Shown: in pieces, positions 24,104 through 37,946 of the stretch
Layout of the letters: the number at the start of each line of letters is the position of its first letter
Numbering within the stretch: position 1 is the first letter of the stretch
Notes under the pieces: generated by a model
The model's input: the letters and a program-made list of their open reading frames with translations, nothing else
What the model was told of the DNA's origin: nothing
The model's database searches: none
Assembly: GCA_026023565.1 (NCBI GenBank)
Contig: JAPETS010000044.1
Span: 62,001-126,000 of the forward strand
Direction of reading: 5' to 3'
DNA: 64,000 nt
Origin: Cirrosporium novae-zelandiae
Lineage: Eukaryota
Position numbers and translations under genes: made by a program

Positions 24104-26645
24104 ATGAGCGAGCATAATAGTCAACCCAATTCGAGAGGAGTCTATGATATATCGTTGAGTCATCCGTGCCCATTTCATAGTCATTTCTCAAATCACCCTC
24201 ATTGACAACCTCATATAGATGTACAAGGTGTCGAAAACGCAAGGTTAGTTACAACATAGCTACTCTTCTAATCTATTGTTTGGCTATTCTAATTGACCGT
24301 TGCTTGTAGATAAGATGTAGTCGCATCCGCCCATGCAACCAGTGCCAGAAGTCCAAGACGGATTGTGTTTATATTGGCGAAAAAAAGAGGTTAGAACATT
24401 CCTATTGCTGAATAATTATGGGTGGTCGCTGAAAGTCACTCATTGGCTATAGGCCAGCATCTAAAGGATATGTCGAAGCACTGGAGAAACAAATTGCGGT
24501 GCTAGAAATCTTCATTGCAAAACTTGCCGCTGCAGACTCCCGAAAACGTGATGAAATGTTAAACAACTTTGGGGGTGTCTCTTCGTCGGGCCGCCTAAAG
24601 GATCAGCCAACAAAAGAAGCTGGACAATCTTCAGAAGATGGACATACAAATGAAAAAGCAGACTTGGCGAACCTCTCTAATCCATTTCCTCGAAGGGGTC
24701 ATCTGCTAAAGGTCCCCAAGAATAAATCTGCAAAGTTCTATGGAGCCACAAGTTTCTTCCAAGTAATTCCATCAACCGAGCAAGAACTGCCATCTGTTGC
24801 TGCTATTGCTGAATCCAATGCTACTCGGGCAATCTCTCCAACCGTTGGTGGTGCTGACTCAAATAATCATATCGTATTTGGACCACAGAGCGACCTCTGT
24901 CGGCATCTCTTGTCAACGTTTTTCCAGCATCTCTACCCATACCATATGTATTTCTATCGGGAATACTTTCTCCGTAGCTACAACGCAGGAGGGGGACCTT
25001 ATTACAGTGATTTACTTCTGTACTCGATTTGTGCATTTTCTGCTTTGATTGAAGATAGCACCATTAGAGATTTCTCAGACATGTTTGCTGCAAGGGCCGA
25101 GGGGCTGCTCTTTGGTTCTGCATTAGAATCCCCAGGATTGACAACTCTTCAAAGTCTACTACTACTTGGCCAGCGTGAGATTGGAATTGGCAAAAGTTCC
25201 AAGGGTTGGCTCTTTACAGGTATTATTCCTAATAATATGAAGGCCCAGGCCATTGGTATTTAGCCCTTGAACAATGAATCGGTCATGCATTTCCTGCAGG
25301 CCTCCGGGCATCTCTTATTCAAAATGAATATGATATCAAGTCGATTTTCGTTAGAAATATATTTTGTACCAATATTTCTTCAGCGTGAATTAACCAACAT
25401 TGCGGCATGAAACTTGTCGATGCTCTAAGTGGCTAGATGTGGGGGCTAAATACCAATGACCTAATACCATATCAATTCCTGCTTTCAGTTCATTGCTAAC
25501 GATTTATAATAGGAATGGCCTTCCGGTTAACTTATGAGATGGGGCTTTACATCGATCCTAATAACTGGACATCCTCCTCGTCATTCGATTTAGATCGAGA
25601 GATCCAGCGACGAGTTTATTGGGCGGCCTTTATAGCTGACAAGTCAAATCTCCCCGGTACTAATTTGACGGCTACCATAAAGATACTAATTGAAGTTATC
25701 CAGACAACTCAGTCTTTACTTTGGTCGACCTCCTGCCCTAGGATCAAGAGAGTCAGACGTACGAAATACCATCCGAATCCCTTATCCACCCGACTGGGAT
25801 GGTCTTCTCGATGCATATATTAAGAAGAACATATCAAAGTCGGAATTTGAAGATGGGCCGGCCTTGGTCGGTGCCTTTATATATCAGGCCGAGCTTTGTA
25901 AGATCGTACATCGAATGATTACCGAAATCTTTGAAAATAGGAGTGCAAAAACCGACGAGTCAATATTGAACGCCTCTGTCAATGAGCTCCATGTCTTGCT
26001 GACAAAGTGGTTGACTGACTTACCAACGAAGCTACATTGGAATGAGTGGATGGCTGGTCAAGTTGCACCTTATGTGATTCATCTTCAGTATGCTATGCTT
26101 TTGCCCAGCCTATCAACCAATCCTGACTCAGAATCAGTATGCTTTACCAATCAGTCGTGATTATCCTACATCGTCCTCGACTTCATCTTTTCCCCGGAAA
26201 TATTTCCACTGCCGATGACACAGAAATGTGCTACACTTCACTAAATCTCATCATCAAGCTTCTCCGGCTCTACTCTCGTTACTATGACTATAGACATCTA
26301 CCTATAACCTTTGTTCACATTGCTGCCACTGCTGCTAGTATTATCCTTCAAAAACGTTTAGCAGAACCTGGAGGTGATGAGAATGAAACCGATCGGCAGC
26401 TCAAACAAATTTTGGATGCTATTGATGGAGTATCAGAGTCATGGCCATGTGCAAAGACTATAAAGGAAGTGATAATGGCCGCCGCGACGAAGAAAATGGA
26501 ATCTCCCCTCCAAATTCCATCACCAGGAGACTCGGCAGAGTCTAACTTCGATCCGTTGACTGAAATGATGGACCCTGATCTCATGTTTCCCTCAATAGAT
26601 TTCTCGTGGGCAGATTTTGATTCTGAAACTTTCATATCAACCTGA
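24104..26645 (+). CDS. Zn(II)2Cys6 transcription factor with fungal-specific TF domain (NirA/NIT-4-like), multi-exon; first exon uncertain
   Basis: Spliced [29 protein letters not shown], coiled coil [13 protein letters not shown], and middle homology region [21 protein letters not shown]...[21 protein letters not shown]. Confidence 0.88.
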
Positions 26646-27168
26646 GTCAGTTGGTATCTGCTGTAATCCTAAGCCTACTACGACTTTGTGATATGCAGAC
26701 TGGGAGAATGGGTGGATCCTACGTTGTATTGGAATATTTGCATCAGTTTCAATGATATATTGTTGTTTTACTGGTTGAGGCTAATAATAAGACGAGAGGT
26801 AGATGGCTTTATGCTATCAAATTCTATATCTTGTTCTCATATGGATAATCTGGAGCTTAGGTACATGTACAGTACATGCACTAATGGTGGGTGGGATGAA
26901 GATAAGATAAAAGGATATATATTATTCTCAGGAGGACGTTTGTCGGATAGGTAGATATATGGTAGCAGCTCGAACAGCTTCAAGATATAACTATTAAGCA
27001 GAAAAGAAGATAAAGCCCAATAGAAAGCACCTAGTTTCCGTAACTTGTCATGGAAAAATCAGGCCCCGATTTTAAAAATACTATTGCTGCCTATATCCCA
27101 AGGCAGAAATTGAATCGGGCCGGAGTATCTGCATATGTTCCATCATCCACCATCCACCCTCCTCACAG

Positions 27169-28137
27169 CTATTCAAGAGCCATCTCTGTTCCACAAAATA
27201 AATCCGATTCTTTGAGGTCGAGAACCATCATATGCCCAGGTGCATGAGCCATGACATTTCCCTTAATTTTCGACTTTGCATCCATGACTACCTGCTGAGG
27301 AGTAACTCCACAGCCCTATGAGATGACGATGATAATGTCAACAACCAACCAAAAAAAAACGAAGCTTGACCAAGCCAATTCTAGATTTGTGTGTGCCAAA
27401 CTTACCCAAAAAACTGGTACCTCTCCCTCCTTGAACTTCACAGGCTGACCAAAATCCGGTGCCTGCACATCCTTGATTCCCAACTCCTCGCAAGCTTTCC
27501 ACCCCCAAGCTATGGGCTCCCCATGCATCCCCATGAACGACCTCGTGATATTCCGAACCTCTTCGATTTGCTCTGGCAGATAGGGACGCATGCTGACGAC
27601 GTAGGTCCCCTCGGTAAAGATACCCGCAGGGTTGAGCCGTCTCGTCGTATTGAACATGGTCACATTGCACGAATCTTCCCAATGTCGAGGCGTCAGCCCT
27701 GCTTTCGAAAGCGCATCCTCGAAACTGAAACTACATCCTATCAGAAACGCAACATGATCCTCCGTCCATTCGGACAGGATGTCTGTTTTGGTATCCACAA
27801 GCCGTCCGTCACGATAGACGTTGTATTTCGGAATATCGGTTCGGATGTCAAAATCTTGAGTGAATATCTTCTTCTTCCCCCCTAGACCTGCATTGTTGGA
27901 GGATGCTATCACGACTTTGGAATTCCCAATAGGGGTGTATGCAAGCAGAGGACAAGGGACGGGATTCCTAGCACACAGGTCTGAGAAATCTTTCGCTGCC
28001 TTTGACGGGAGAACGAGAAGGTTTGCCTGGATATATCCTGGGGCCCAACCAGCTGTGGGACTCTGTAGAGATCCAAAGCGGCATTGCTGCCGAACGTCGT
28101 ATGCTGTCTCGGTGGAGATTGGTGATAGACTGCCCAT
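27169..28137 (-). CDS. DUF1445 family putative hydro-lyase / D-glutamate cyclase-like protein (292 aa; intron 27316-27405)
   Basis: Motifs PGYIQANL, CARNPVPCPLL, DIRTDIPKY, FLIGCSFSFE, YVVSMRP, HGEP, PVFW|GCGVTPQ, HAPGHM are characteristic of DUF1445. Confidence 0.88.
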
Positions 28138-28320
28138 GTTGGTTGGCGACCGAAATAAACTCAAAGACTCAAAGACCGCTCATAGAAATAATCATTGAGT
28201 TTTTGCGACAAAGATATTTGAATTCCCCAAACGCTTTTTTACCTTCTATATTTTACAGATAACGAATAGTGATCCCATGCGAAGATGCAGACAAAGCTCC
28301 ATTAGAAGGATTTCGTTGAT

Positions 28321-28378
28321 ACCTCCCTGCCTGAGGCAGAGGTTTCCAGGATATCGATAAGTTCAATGATAAGATAAG
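28321..28378. promoter_or_regulatory. Promoter elements upstream of the DUF1445 gene: palindromic CTGCCTGAGGCAG and three GATAAG sites
   Basis: GATAAG at 28356, 28368 and 28373, ~220-240 bp upstream of the ATG. The palindrome acctccctgcctgaggcagaggt spans 28321-28343. Confidence 0.5.
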
Positions 28379-28773
28379 GAGGCTTTCTTTCTCAGAAAAC
28401 GGCCCGTCATCGGAGGTGCATCTCCGCCGCCGCCGCCCTCTACTCTATTGGAACGGCAACGGCTTCTTTCTTTCTTTTTTCCATAGACGGACTTTACTAT
28501 GCATGTACATGTGAAAAGCTCATAAACATTTCCCCGAACCCATGGGATGGGTAAGCCATTGCAATGAATGCCCTTGTCTCATGCATGCATTTTACACTAA
28601 GTAACCAACGACCCTTTTCCTTCCCTTTTCCCCTTGAAAGGCCATACACAATGACTACTGTAACACCAAAAACTATAGATCTTCAAACCTTACAAATAAC
28701 AAAATAGCAAAATAAAGTAAACCCCCCCCCCCCCAACTATCCAACCCATCCATTCCATTCATCCACCCATCTA

Positions 28774-31700
28774 TCAAGCTAAATACCTTAACAAAATCCC
28801 CACCCCTCCCTCCTCCCCAACATCATCAACCATTACCTCCACAACCGTGGCCCTAGCTCCAAAGTCTTTTTCCCACTTAGCCTCCTTCTCCCCCTCCCCC
28901 ATCCCCCTAAACTCAAGCCGACTTGTATCCATAGCCTTTCGATCTTCATGCCACAGGACTAGTTTGTAGGTGGTGCCGATGTCGCGTTTTACGTGAGAGA
29001 GGGGGTAGCCGGCGTGGAGGGTTTTGAGAGTTATGTGGCGGGTTATAAGATGGTTGGGGTGGCCGGGTTGAGGGACGGTTTTGGTTGTTTGCTGGTGATT
29101 TTGTTAGTGGGGGTGGGTGGGTAGGTAGGGATTAAGGGAAGGGGGGGAGCGTTTACCTGGCGAATCTGGATGTGGCGGAAGATGCCTTGGGCTTCTTTGT
29201 CGATGTGTAGGTTGAATAGGTGAGGGGCTTCGTTTCTTTCCACCGTGTATGGATGGATAATCTCGTTGGTGGGTGCGCTTTCTCTTGATACGCCATCATC
29301 AAGATACATGTCGTAGCACTTTTTTAGGTGTTATATGTCAGTTTCCATGTTGGATGGTTAATATTTTATTGATTATTGACTACACACATAGTACTGACAT
29401 TGTCTTTTCCTGGGTATACATGAATGGTAATAGGATTTGGCTCCTCGAATTTTCTTGAATGATCGGGTACGTAAGGACGGACTTGGATTTGAGGAATTAT
29501 TCCGCCTATGTTATAGTTAATGGGACGTCTGGTATAACTTAGAGGCGACACATGGACGATAATATGATTGATGGTCCCCCTCCTCCTCATCGATATGGTT
29601 AACTGGGAGATAAAAAGAATATAAGATTTGTTTACCTTCCCGTACATACATCGGTGTGATATATGGAATTCGACTTTCGTCTGTAGATATACGTGGATAA
29701 ACATCAATCGTAGATCCTCCGGGCACTCTCGATAAAGGAACACCAAGGGATCCATTAATTCGTAGGTTGAATTGGAACCAGCTATCTGGACGAGGGAGAT
29801 ATAACCTGCGTCGGGTGCCAGTTTTTGATTCTTTTTTCAGGACTGGAGCCACCAACAGATCATTGCGAACCATGTACTGGCCCTGAAGGAAGCGCGCCCT
29901 CTGTCAAATTTCAAATCTTTCAGTAATAGCCCTTTAAACAAGGGGAGGATTGTTAACCTCTGCAAATAAAGAGCTATCTAGTTCATCAGTTAGAACCTAT
30001 AGAATGTCAGCCACCAGAACCCTATACCAGTCGTCATTACAAACCAGTGCCCTAGCGATAGGTAATCCATTAATTATATTTTCAAACATGGCATCATATA
30101 AGAGCTGCATAAGACTATAACGTAGCTGTATATAGTAGCGGCAGACTGGATTAACTGCAGAATACATGAGTCGATCATGGTCACTCATATTACCTTTGTG
30201 GGACTCATAGAGGTCGGCGTATTCGTATGGCTCCTAGTTTGTCTTAGTAACTCTACTCCATTAAAGATCAAAGGTCTTTCCTGAAATTTCTTCATCCCAG
30301 GCTTTCCGTGATAATGATTGCTTTATCCCGTGAGCCGAAAGAAAACCAAGTCAAAGATGATGAGAATTACCGGAACCATGGTAGCAAGAAATAAGCGCAG
30401 TACCAGCGAATCAAGAGTTCTGGGTCGGCATATGATGTCTCGTGTGGAGCTGGCATGAACCCTCCAACATCGGCGCCAGCAATTGAAACCCCCGAAAGCC
30501 CAAGTGCAAGTACCTGGGCAACAGAAATATTCAAGAATTCCCATGTTGAACCGTTATCGCCCGTCCAAAGACCGCCGTAACGATGTAGACCTGCAAAGCT
30601 CCCTCGTCCTATAATAAAGTTACGCTTCCCTGCTCGAACAGGGAGCTCATTTAGTCCTTGGTAAGTTGCTTTATGCAGGTTATAACTATAAAGCGACCAG
30701 ATCTCTATGGCAGCTTTCTCGGATGGACCCTTGGGGTCTCCAGACCAGCCATCCGAAGAAAGAAGAAGACGAAATGGAAATCTACGTAAGCTAGGTCAAT
30801 TAAGAACTAGTGAGAGCTGTATGACTTACGATTTCATATCTCCGTAACAATCCGCCACGCATGGAGAGGTCATGTCCTGCCAGATGAATTCAAGACCAGT
30901 TTCCATTAGATACTCATACTGCCTGCCCCACCATGCCCGAACTTTCCTATCATTCAAGTTAGGGTATACTCCAGGCTTTCCAAGTTTACCACCATAACTA
31001 ACACCTCCATGAAAGGGCTTTCCAGTATTGAAATTTTCAGCAAAATTATATGGGTCACCATATTCTGGACGATCTGATATAGCATTGGGGTCTTTGAGAT
31101 AGGCACTACCTTCCCCATAACAAATATATCGTTGATAGCTCGGATTGTTGGTACCATTTGAAGGATTGTCAATCAATCTTTTATCTTTAACAAAGTAATC
31201 ATTTTTCAGGCCTTCATTCAACGTTCTATAACTGTCACTAGGTGAGCTATTGATGAATGGGGTAATGTTGGTACTGCATTTAACACCTTGATCACGTAGC
31301 CTCTTGAACATATCCTCTGGTTGCGGAAACCTTGTGGTGTCGATTGTGAAAGTGCGGTAATCATCCTGGAGATCAATGTCAATATGCATCCCATCGATAG
31401 GATAGCCTTCCTCTCGATATCTCTTGATGACATCCAGGACTTTGTCTTTGGAGTCATATCCATAACACCCTTGATGGTAACCTAGAACATATCGAGGTTT
31501 GAGCGCTGGCCTACCAACAATTGAAGTATATAGGTGGATAGTCTCATGAATATCATCCCCAGCCACTACTAGTAATTGAAAGATGTTGAATCTAGTCGCT
31601 ATGCGAGCTTCCGTGATATCCTTTACTCCAAAATCTACACAGATCTGAGAGTAGTTGTCAATGAAAGTTGCTACCTTTGATTGGTAGCCAGGATGTGCAT

Positions 31701-32648
31701 TAACTTCGAGCCAGAAGGGTTCTGAATGATACAATGGTTCGCGATCATCCATAGGACCTTTTCCATAGACATTACAATACTTCATATTATCGAAATCTAC
31801 AATTTTTAGCTCTATCTCAAGCACTGGGGTTGTATTGTCTCACTGAAATAGTTCATGTATACCTTATCCTTGAACAGGTGCTTCCCACCCTGTTCACCAA
31901 ACCCGAGATAGCGTGCTCTTCCAGGTTTTTCCACAGACAAAACTGTAGCGGAGCTATTATAAGCAAGGGGATATTCCTTGGTTTGCCATACAATCAAATT
32001 TTGTGTTCCCTGGACTGCTTTGGTATTAAGCTCCTCATTTTTTGTTGCATCGGCTTGAGGGAGTACTTCTAAAGCTGGCAGAACCTTCAAGGGCTGCACT
32101 GCAGTGATCTTGAATGGGTTACGCTGGATATATAATTGGGTAATAACCTGCCGTTCCGGACTTTCTGGATTTCGAACCGATTGAAGAATGAGAAATTCAT
32201 TATCTTGCACAAGGTCCACACGCCAAGATATGTGCTCCAGCTTATCCAAGACCCGAACAAGGTTTGATAGAGTATCTCGTACAATGGTTCGTCTGATTCT
32301 CCAAAGTTAGCGTTGAGGATATAGTGGTTTTGGTATCACAGACGTATTATAATCTGTAAAGTCGGCTCCTTTTTTATTCTCCTCATTAAACTGTAATCTC
32401 CAGACCTTTGGTCGGATAAATTGAATCAAAATTAGAGCTCCATCGTTCAGCCGGAAGACTCGTCCATGGCTACAAACAGGGCTTAACATTCCATTCTGAT
32501 CCAGCTGATCGGCATCAGAGTAAGATATGATGGAAGGCCGTTGGGTTCCAGATCCAGAATTGTCAAGGTCCTGAAAGAAATGTTCGGCCTTTTTGAACAG
32601 ATACTTATCTGCATACTTGTCATATTTCTGCTTATGACTGTTACTCAT
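28774..32648 (-). CDS. Glycoside hydrolase family 31 protein, alpha-1,4-glucan lyase-like; multi-exon
   Basis: Motifs IQFIRPKVWR, NYFNFDNMKY, REPLYHSEPF, PRYVLGYHQGCYGY, DGMHIDIDLQD, nucleophile motif GLEFIWQDMTSP, acid/base WTGDN, YMVRNDLLVAP, YLDDGVS. Stop TGA at 28774-28776. Confidence 0.9.
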
Positions 32649-35600
32649 TGTCAGTTTAGAGCACTAAAGGATATGGATAGAGGACAGCTATTTGGTTATG
32701 GAGAGTGAATCATCAAGAGGATTAACTGATAAGCTTTACCGTGAAAGGGTAAACCATGAGAGTTTACGCAACCCCACTTGTGCCGCCAGTAGCTAACTTC
32801 AGACATTGTTGGAGCTAATTGGAGGCTCAAGGTGGTTTTGTACTTGGTATGAGTTCTTTCAAATTCACCATGTCCCATGAAACGAAATCGATGTTTACTA
32901 CAGATACCGCAACAGATGATATATTGTGTCACCACGAACTCTTTGAAGAGAAAGTTCCATAAGTCATTTGGATCCTGCGGCTCTTGCAGCACAGAAAAGA
33001 GTTTTGTATATATGACGTGTCCCATATTCGATAGTCACTAGGAATATTTGCTCGCACAATGTTTGTTTGGTTCAAGAGGAGCGTGTGATCATCTATTATT
33101 CTGCTTGAAGTTGAATTTGGATGTGTTTGAAGAGGTACATGGGCATACTATGGTGTCAGGCGAAATACTTTCGAAAGTAATGCCAAAGGTGAGGTCAGAT
33201 TGAAATTCAGGCTAGCAATATTAGACTATACAGTTCACCATACCAAATATTGTCTAACCGTTACTTGAACGAGTTAAATGCCGTGTGGGGTAATAATTAC
33301 CCCGCTCTACTATCGCACGGGGATGGATTGTTTCGCCTAACAGAAATGATGCACCTTCCAGAGGGGGTGTCAAACTAAAAGATTAATTGGTCCATTATTC
33401 ACCAAGAAAGTTGATGCCTGCTTCGGCCTGGAAATAGCCTAATCTTTCCATGACATCCCTACTAGCGGCAGATGGTCGTAAAGGCGATAGAAAGATCGGA
33501 TCGAATATTCCAGAATGTTGTTAATTCTCCGCTGAAAGTCACAGCGGGGTTAGGCAGTGCGGAGATAATTAATCTAATATAGGTTAGCCTAGCTAAGGTG
33601 AAAGCAACGCCAGCTGGGATTACAATGTCGCCCTTATATTTTATAAATGATAAAGTTAAATCCGATTATATACGTTTCTACAAGGTGATTCAGAATCTAG
33701 ATCAATTACTTGCATAGTTGCTCAGTCACGTCTAGGTGAAACATTCTATAACCAGCTTTTTCCCTCTCTCACAAACACAAGATTTCTATTGCGGCTGCAA
33801 GAAAACATCTTCACAAGAGGACAATCGGAAAGCTAAATCAAAGATGAATCACGAGGAAGTAAAAAAATAAATTGAAGGAAGCTAGATTCAGAGATATATC
33901 TACCTAGTCATACAGGGATAAGGGTTTTAAGGACAGGAAGGTGACATGTCTGTTCAAAGCCTATCAGGAGGGACTGCAATAAAGTATGAGAATCAACTTA
34001 TGTGGTGTAATGGGATATCTAGATTGCTAACTTTCTATGAATCTTCATACCCCTGTTAAGATATATTATACTTGACTGGCATTCGTCTGTTATTTTTCAA
34101 CCACACCATTCAGTTCCTTGAGAAGCCTACGTAATCCTCAGATCATAAGTCACCTTGTGCTTGGCATATAACAAAAGTATTGTTGTTCCATCAAGTCGGT
34201 ATCGGCCTGCAACACACTCGCAAGTTCTAGTCCCACCGACAGAATCGGAACTCTGAATTGGGTCTGATCTGTTGTAGGGTGGTATTGTTGTTCCAATAAA
34301 TCGGCATTGGTTTGCAATAGGTTCGTAAGTCCTAGGTGCCTTGAGAGTCATTTGATGGAATTTATTCCCGAGATGCCTTTGAAATTATTTGATCAGCAGT
34401 CAAAGGGTAATCCATCGGGGATAGCAATTGCCCATTATCCTGGATAAAAGGTTCTAGCTGCATTTAAAACAAGTGTATATAGTCAAACTACTGATCATAT
34501 TACAGAATTTTTGAAAACTTTCGGAACGGCCTTGATCAATATACAAATTCCTATCCTGCTTTTGTTGACTTTCAAATTTTCGTGACGGTACTGAAACATA
34601 TCCCCCATAGGAGCTTGAGTTACGAAACAATAAATCCAGAAACTGTTCGACATCGATTGTAGATGTAACAACCTCACAAATTCAGGTAATTCTTCAAGAC
34701 GTATACCATTGAACCGCATTCCAGCTTGGGTCATCATGACTGGTATCAAGAATGCAAGCCAGCCGGAACTTTGAGAGGACCTATGCCCTAAAGTCCCGGA
34801 TGGTTTACGCTAACATACATTTCATGTAAGGACGATAAGGATCCTAATGAATCTGTGCGCCCAATAGGAGCTTTATGCGTTTTAGCGCTTTGGTTTGTGC
34901 TACTTGGGTAACCTGTTAAAGACATGGTTTTCTAAATACTCGTCATAATCTTACTTGGCTTTTTTATTTTACTTTAGCTATACACCTTCTATTAATTAAG
35001 TTCTGTATTGCTTTGACCTTATCTAGCTTATATACACAGACATAGGGCCAGCTATACGTATAGCATCAATTATTTCGGGGGCCGAGTACTCCTACATCGG
35101 TGTGTTAACAATGATAAAGCTAGGTCAAACATGAAGTCTATGTGATGCTGGCGCATGCACCCCGATGGCTCCTGTAGCAGAATGAAGCCACCCTTTAAAT
35201 TGGGAATGCCCCTCAGGTCGATTGCGAAAATTACTTCCTTCATTCCCCTTCCTGACATATATCAAGTCTTTGAAAGACAAGTCTACGATAAGCTATATTT
35301 TTTCTTTGGCTGGCTTCATTACACAATTCCTATGTCCTTCTCGCCCTCTTGCGCATTCTAATACCACTTTGTGTCCTCCGCCCTTGCCTCTGCCCCGACC
35401 GATTGCAGAGCGTGATAAAACCTCCGCGTACGAGAGTCCTTGTGACTAACCTGAGTGCCAGTCCCTACAGCAGGGCAAAAATATTATTTGCCTGTAAATC
35501 GCCCATTTGCGACGTATTCCTTAGGACAATGGCTAATGATTAGTAGATAAACGAAAAAATGGACGTCTACAGTTTATATAAGCATCCACTTAATATTTCG

Positions 35601-37946
35601 ATGCCATCTGCAGTATGGTCTAGTCCATCAAACTCGGTAGGTACAATGATCTATCTCATAGAGGTTCACTTTATTAACTAATATAGATCGACGACTCATT
35701 AATGATAACCCGGTATTTGGGAGAAGTCTTGGGGGATACCGTGAAAGTATCTGTAGTAATATATGAGAAGACTATCGATCAGTATGGTATTTGGCCGGTT
35801 AGCAGATCACGCCGCTCGACAGAAGAGATAGAATGGCGAGAATGCAGGAATATATTAAACGCAAAGGATGTGATAGGACTAGAGAAGTCACGAGAACTGG
35901 ACCTAAGAACTATTCCGGAGTTGTTCGACGGAATTATCGGTCGAAAGCGTGGCTCTGTCTGGTACAATTGCTTCTCTTGGTTCTCAGCAGCATGATCTTG
36001 CTTGTTGTATGTACAGTACATAATATATTTTGACTTGCGTTCAGCATCTTATTCTAGCACTTATTTGTTTAATACTGTTTTTTCCTGTAAAAAATGGTAC
36101 CTTTTAACCCTATGTACGGTAAGGACCGATGATTTCTGCTCGGGGGGTAAATAGAAATGGTGACGAATTGGGGTAGAAGAAAATCACTTTCCCTCCTATC
36201 ATAACCGTTTTCTGATGAAATAGCCCAACCTTATGAAAATATACAGGGATCAAGGAAAGAAATAACAGGCCAAGTAATATATTCATTGATTACGCTAGCT
36301 CGGTGAAAAGCATTTTTCTATGGATCCTAAGGGCCTACCTAAGTTTGTATTCGTTCTTTTTGCCTATAGGATGACATGATGCTACCCTTGTTGTGATTCA
36401 TGATACCGGGTAGAAAGAATGCAGGTTTGCCACATCTGGCTATGGGATTTCCGACATGACTGGTGACTTTGACAACCCAAAAGGGCATTGAACTCATGTT
36501 CTATGGTTAGTTACTCCAGTGACTACGAGACGCAATAGAAGGCTAATAATCTGATCTTAGGTCACAAGACGATTCAGACCGGTTCAAATTGGTCGACCAC
36601 GGAGTCCACCATGTTGGTACCGATTCTCTCGACACGCAATAGAGAGCTTTTTAAAGGCTTGGAACAACACATTCACTTCGTATGCTTTCTGACTTCGGAA
36701 CTACAATCATAAAACCGTCACTACTACATAGCGCTAAAGAGATATCTACTGATAGAACATAGAAAAGTGAGCATACACTCTAGATGCTTTAAAGTCTTTT
36801 GCTAACGGTGTAGGTCAATCAGCAATCCAATCCCAAACCTTCGTCAACAACTCTTCTCCGCATTCTTCACTGGTGGGATTGACTGTAATGTCTGTATCTC
36901 TACCAGCCCCTGACCCAGTCCAACTTTTCAAAAACAACATGCTCTCTACCTTCGTTCTCGACTACCTTAATTCCAACAAGCCGTGTGATAGAGGCCTCCT
37001 TTCAATATACGAATTCTGCTCGAACCTGTCGGCTGCTTTTTTGATATGCATTGTGGCTTAGTTACAGGAGTTCGCAGCATGTGAAAATTTATAGACCGAA
37101 CTCAAACGTCAGGTATTAGTTGCAGTTCGCTCATGCTATACTACACGCGCAAGCGCGCTATCGCTGATCCAAAAGATGGTTTTCCCTATCAACCATCTTG
37201 TATCATAGAATTCTGGAGCGCAAACAATCTCTGCTCCTATTTGGATAATAAGGTTATGGTATTACATCCTGGTTTTCGTGTGGAAAAAGTTTACAGTCAA
37301 GTATTGAATGTAACGTGGAAGGGTTGGATTATCGTGGAGAACTACGGTTTACAATACATGACCTAAAAGGCAAAGTTTACCCAGGTCGTGGCCGAAAATG
37401 GAGAATGTGCTAGCGCGATCATCGTACTTTGAAAATTCCTATATACAGAGAAGCATTATTACAATGTCTTAGGGCTATCTGTTTTCCCTATCCTCGTTTC
37501 ATTTCTAGCATGGTCAAATTATAGTATAATAAACAATAGGAGGAATGTCATTCAGTAAGAATATGTGATCCAGGCTTATCTTTCTTCGTTAAAAATTGTT
37601 GCCATTGTGCCATTCCATTTGCTGGCTTTTACGATTCTTGAAACACTTAGGGTTCCTCATGTGATACTGAGAGCGATTTTAATGACTCTTCACCTATAGC
37701 CTCACACACATATTAGACCTACCAGGGATCATCCCCATATATTATCGGCCCTTTCATTTGATCTTATCTCTGCTGAACGACCAGACGATAAGTTAATTCT
37801 GCCCAAATATTGCACATGATCTCTGGATGGTCTCTCTTAAGTGACCTTTTGAATGAAAATTTACCCTTTCAAAGCTTTACCATCCTTCAAAATCACTCGA
37901 CCTACTTGCGATACTGAATATTTTTACCTATTTGAAATCGCTATTC

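Noticed and set aside
33000..37500. Short ORFs (e.g. 34495-34749, 35702-35995) that may be pseudogene debris
   Set aside because: No recognisable motif or consistent exon chain; a product cannot be supported.
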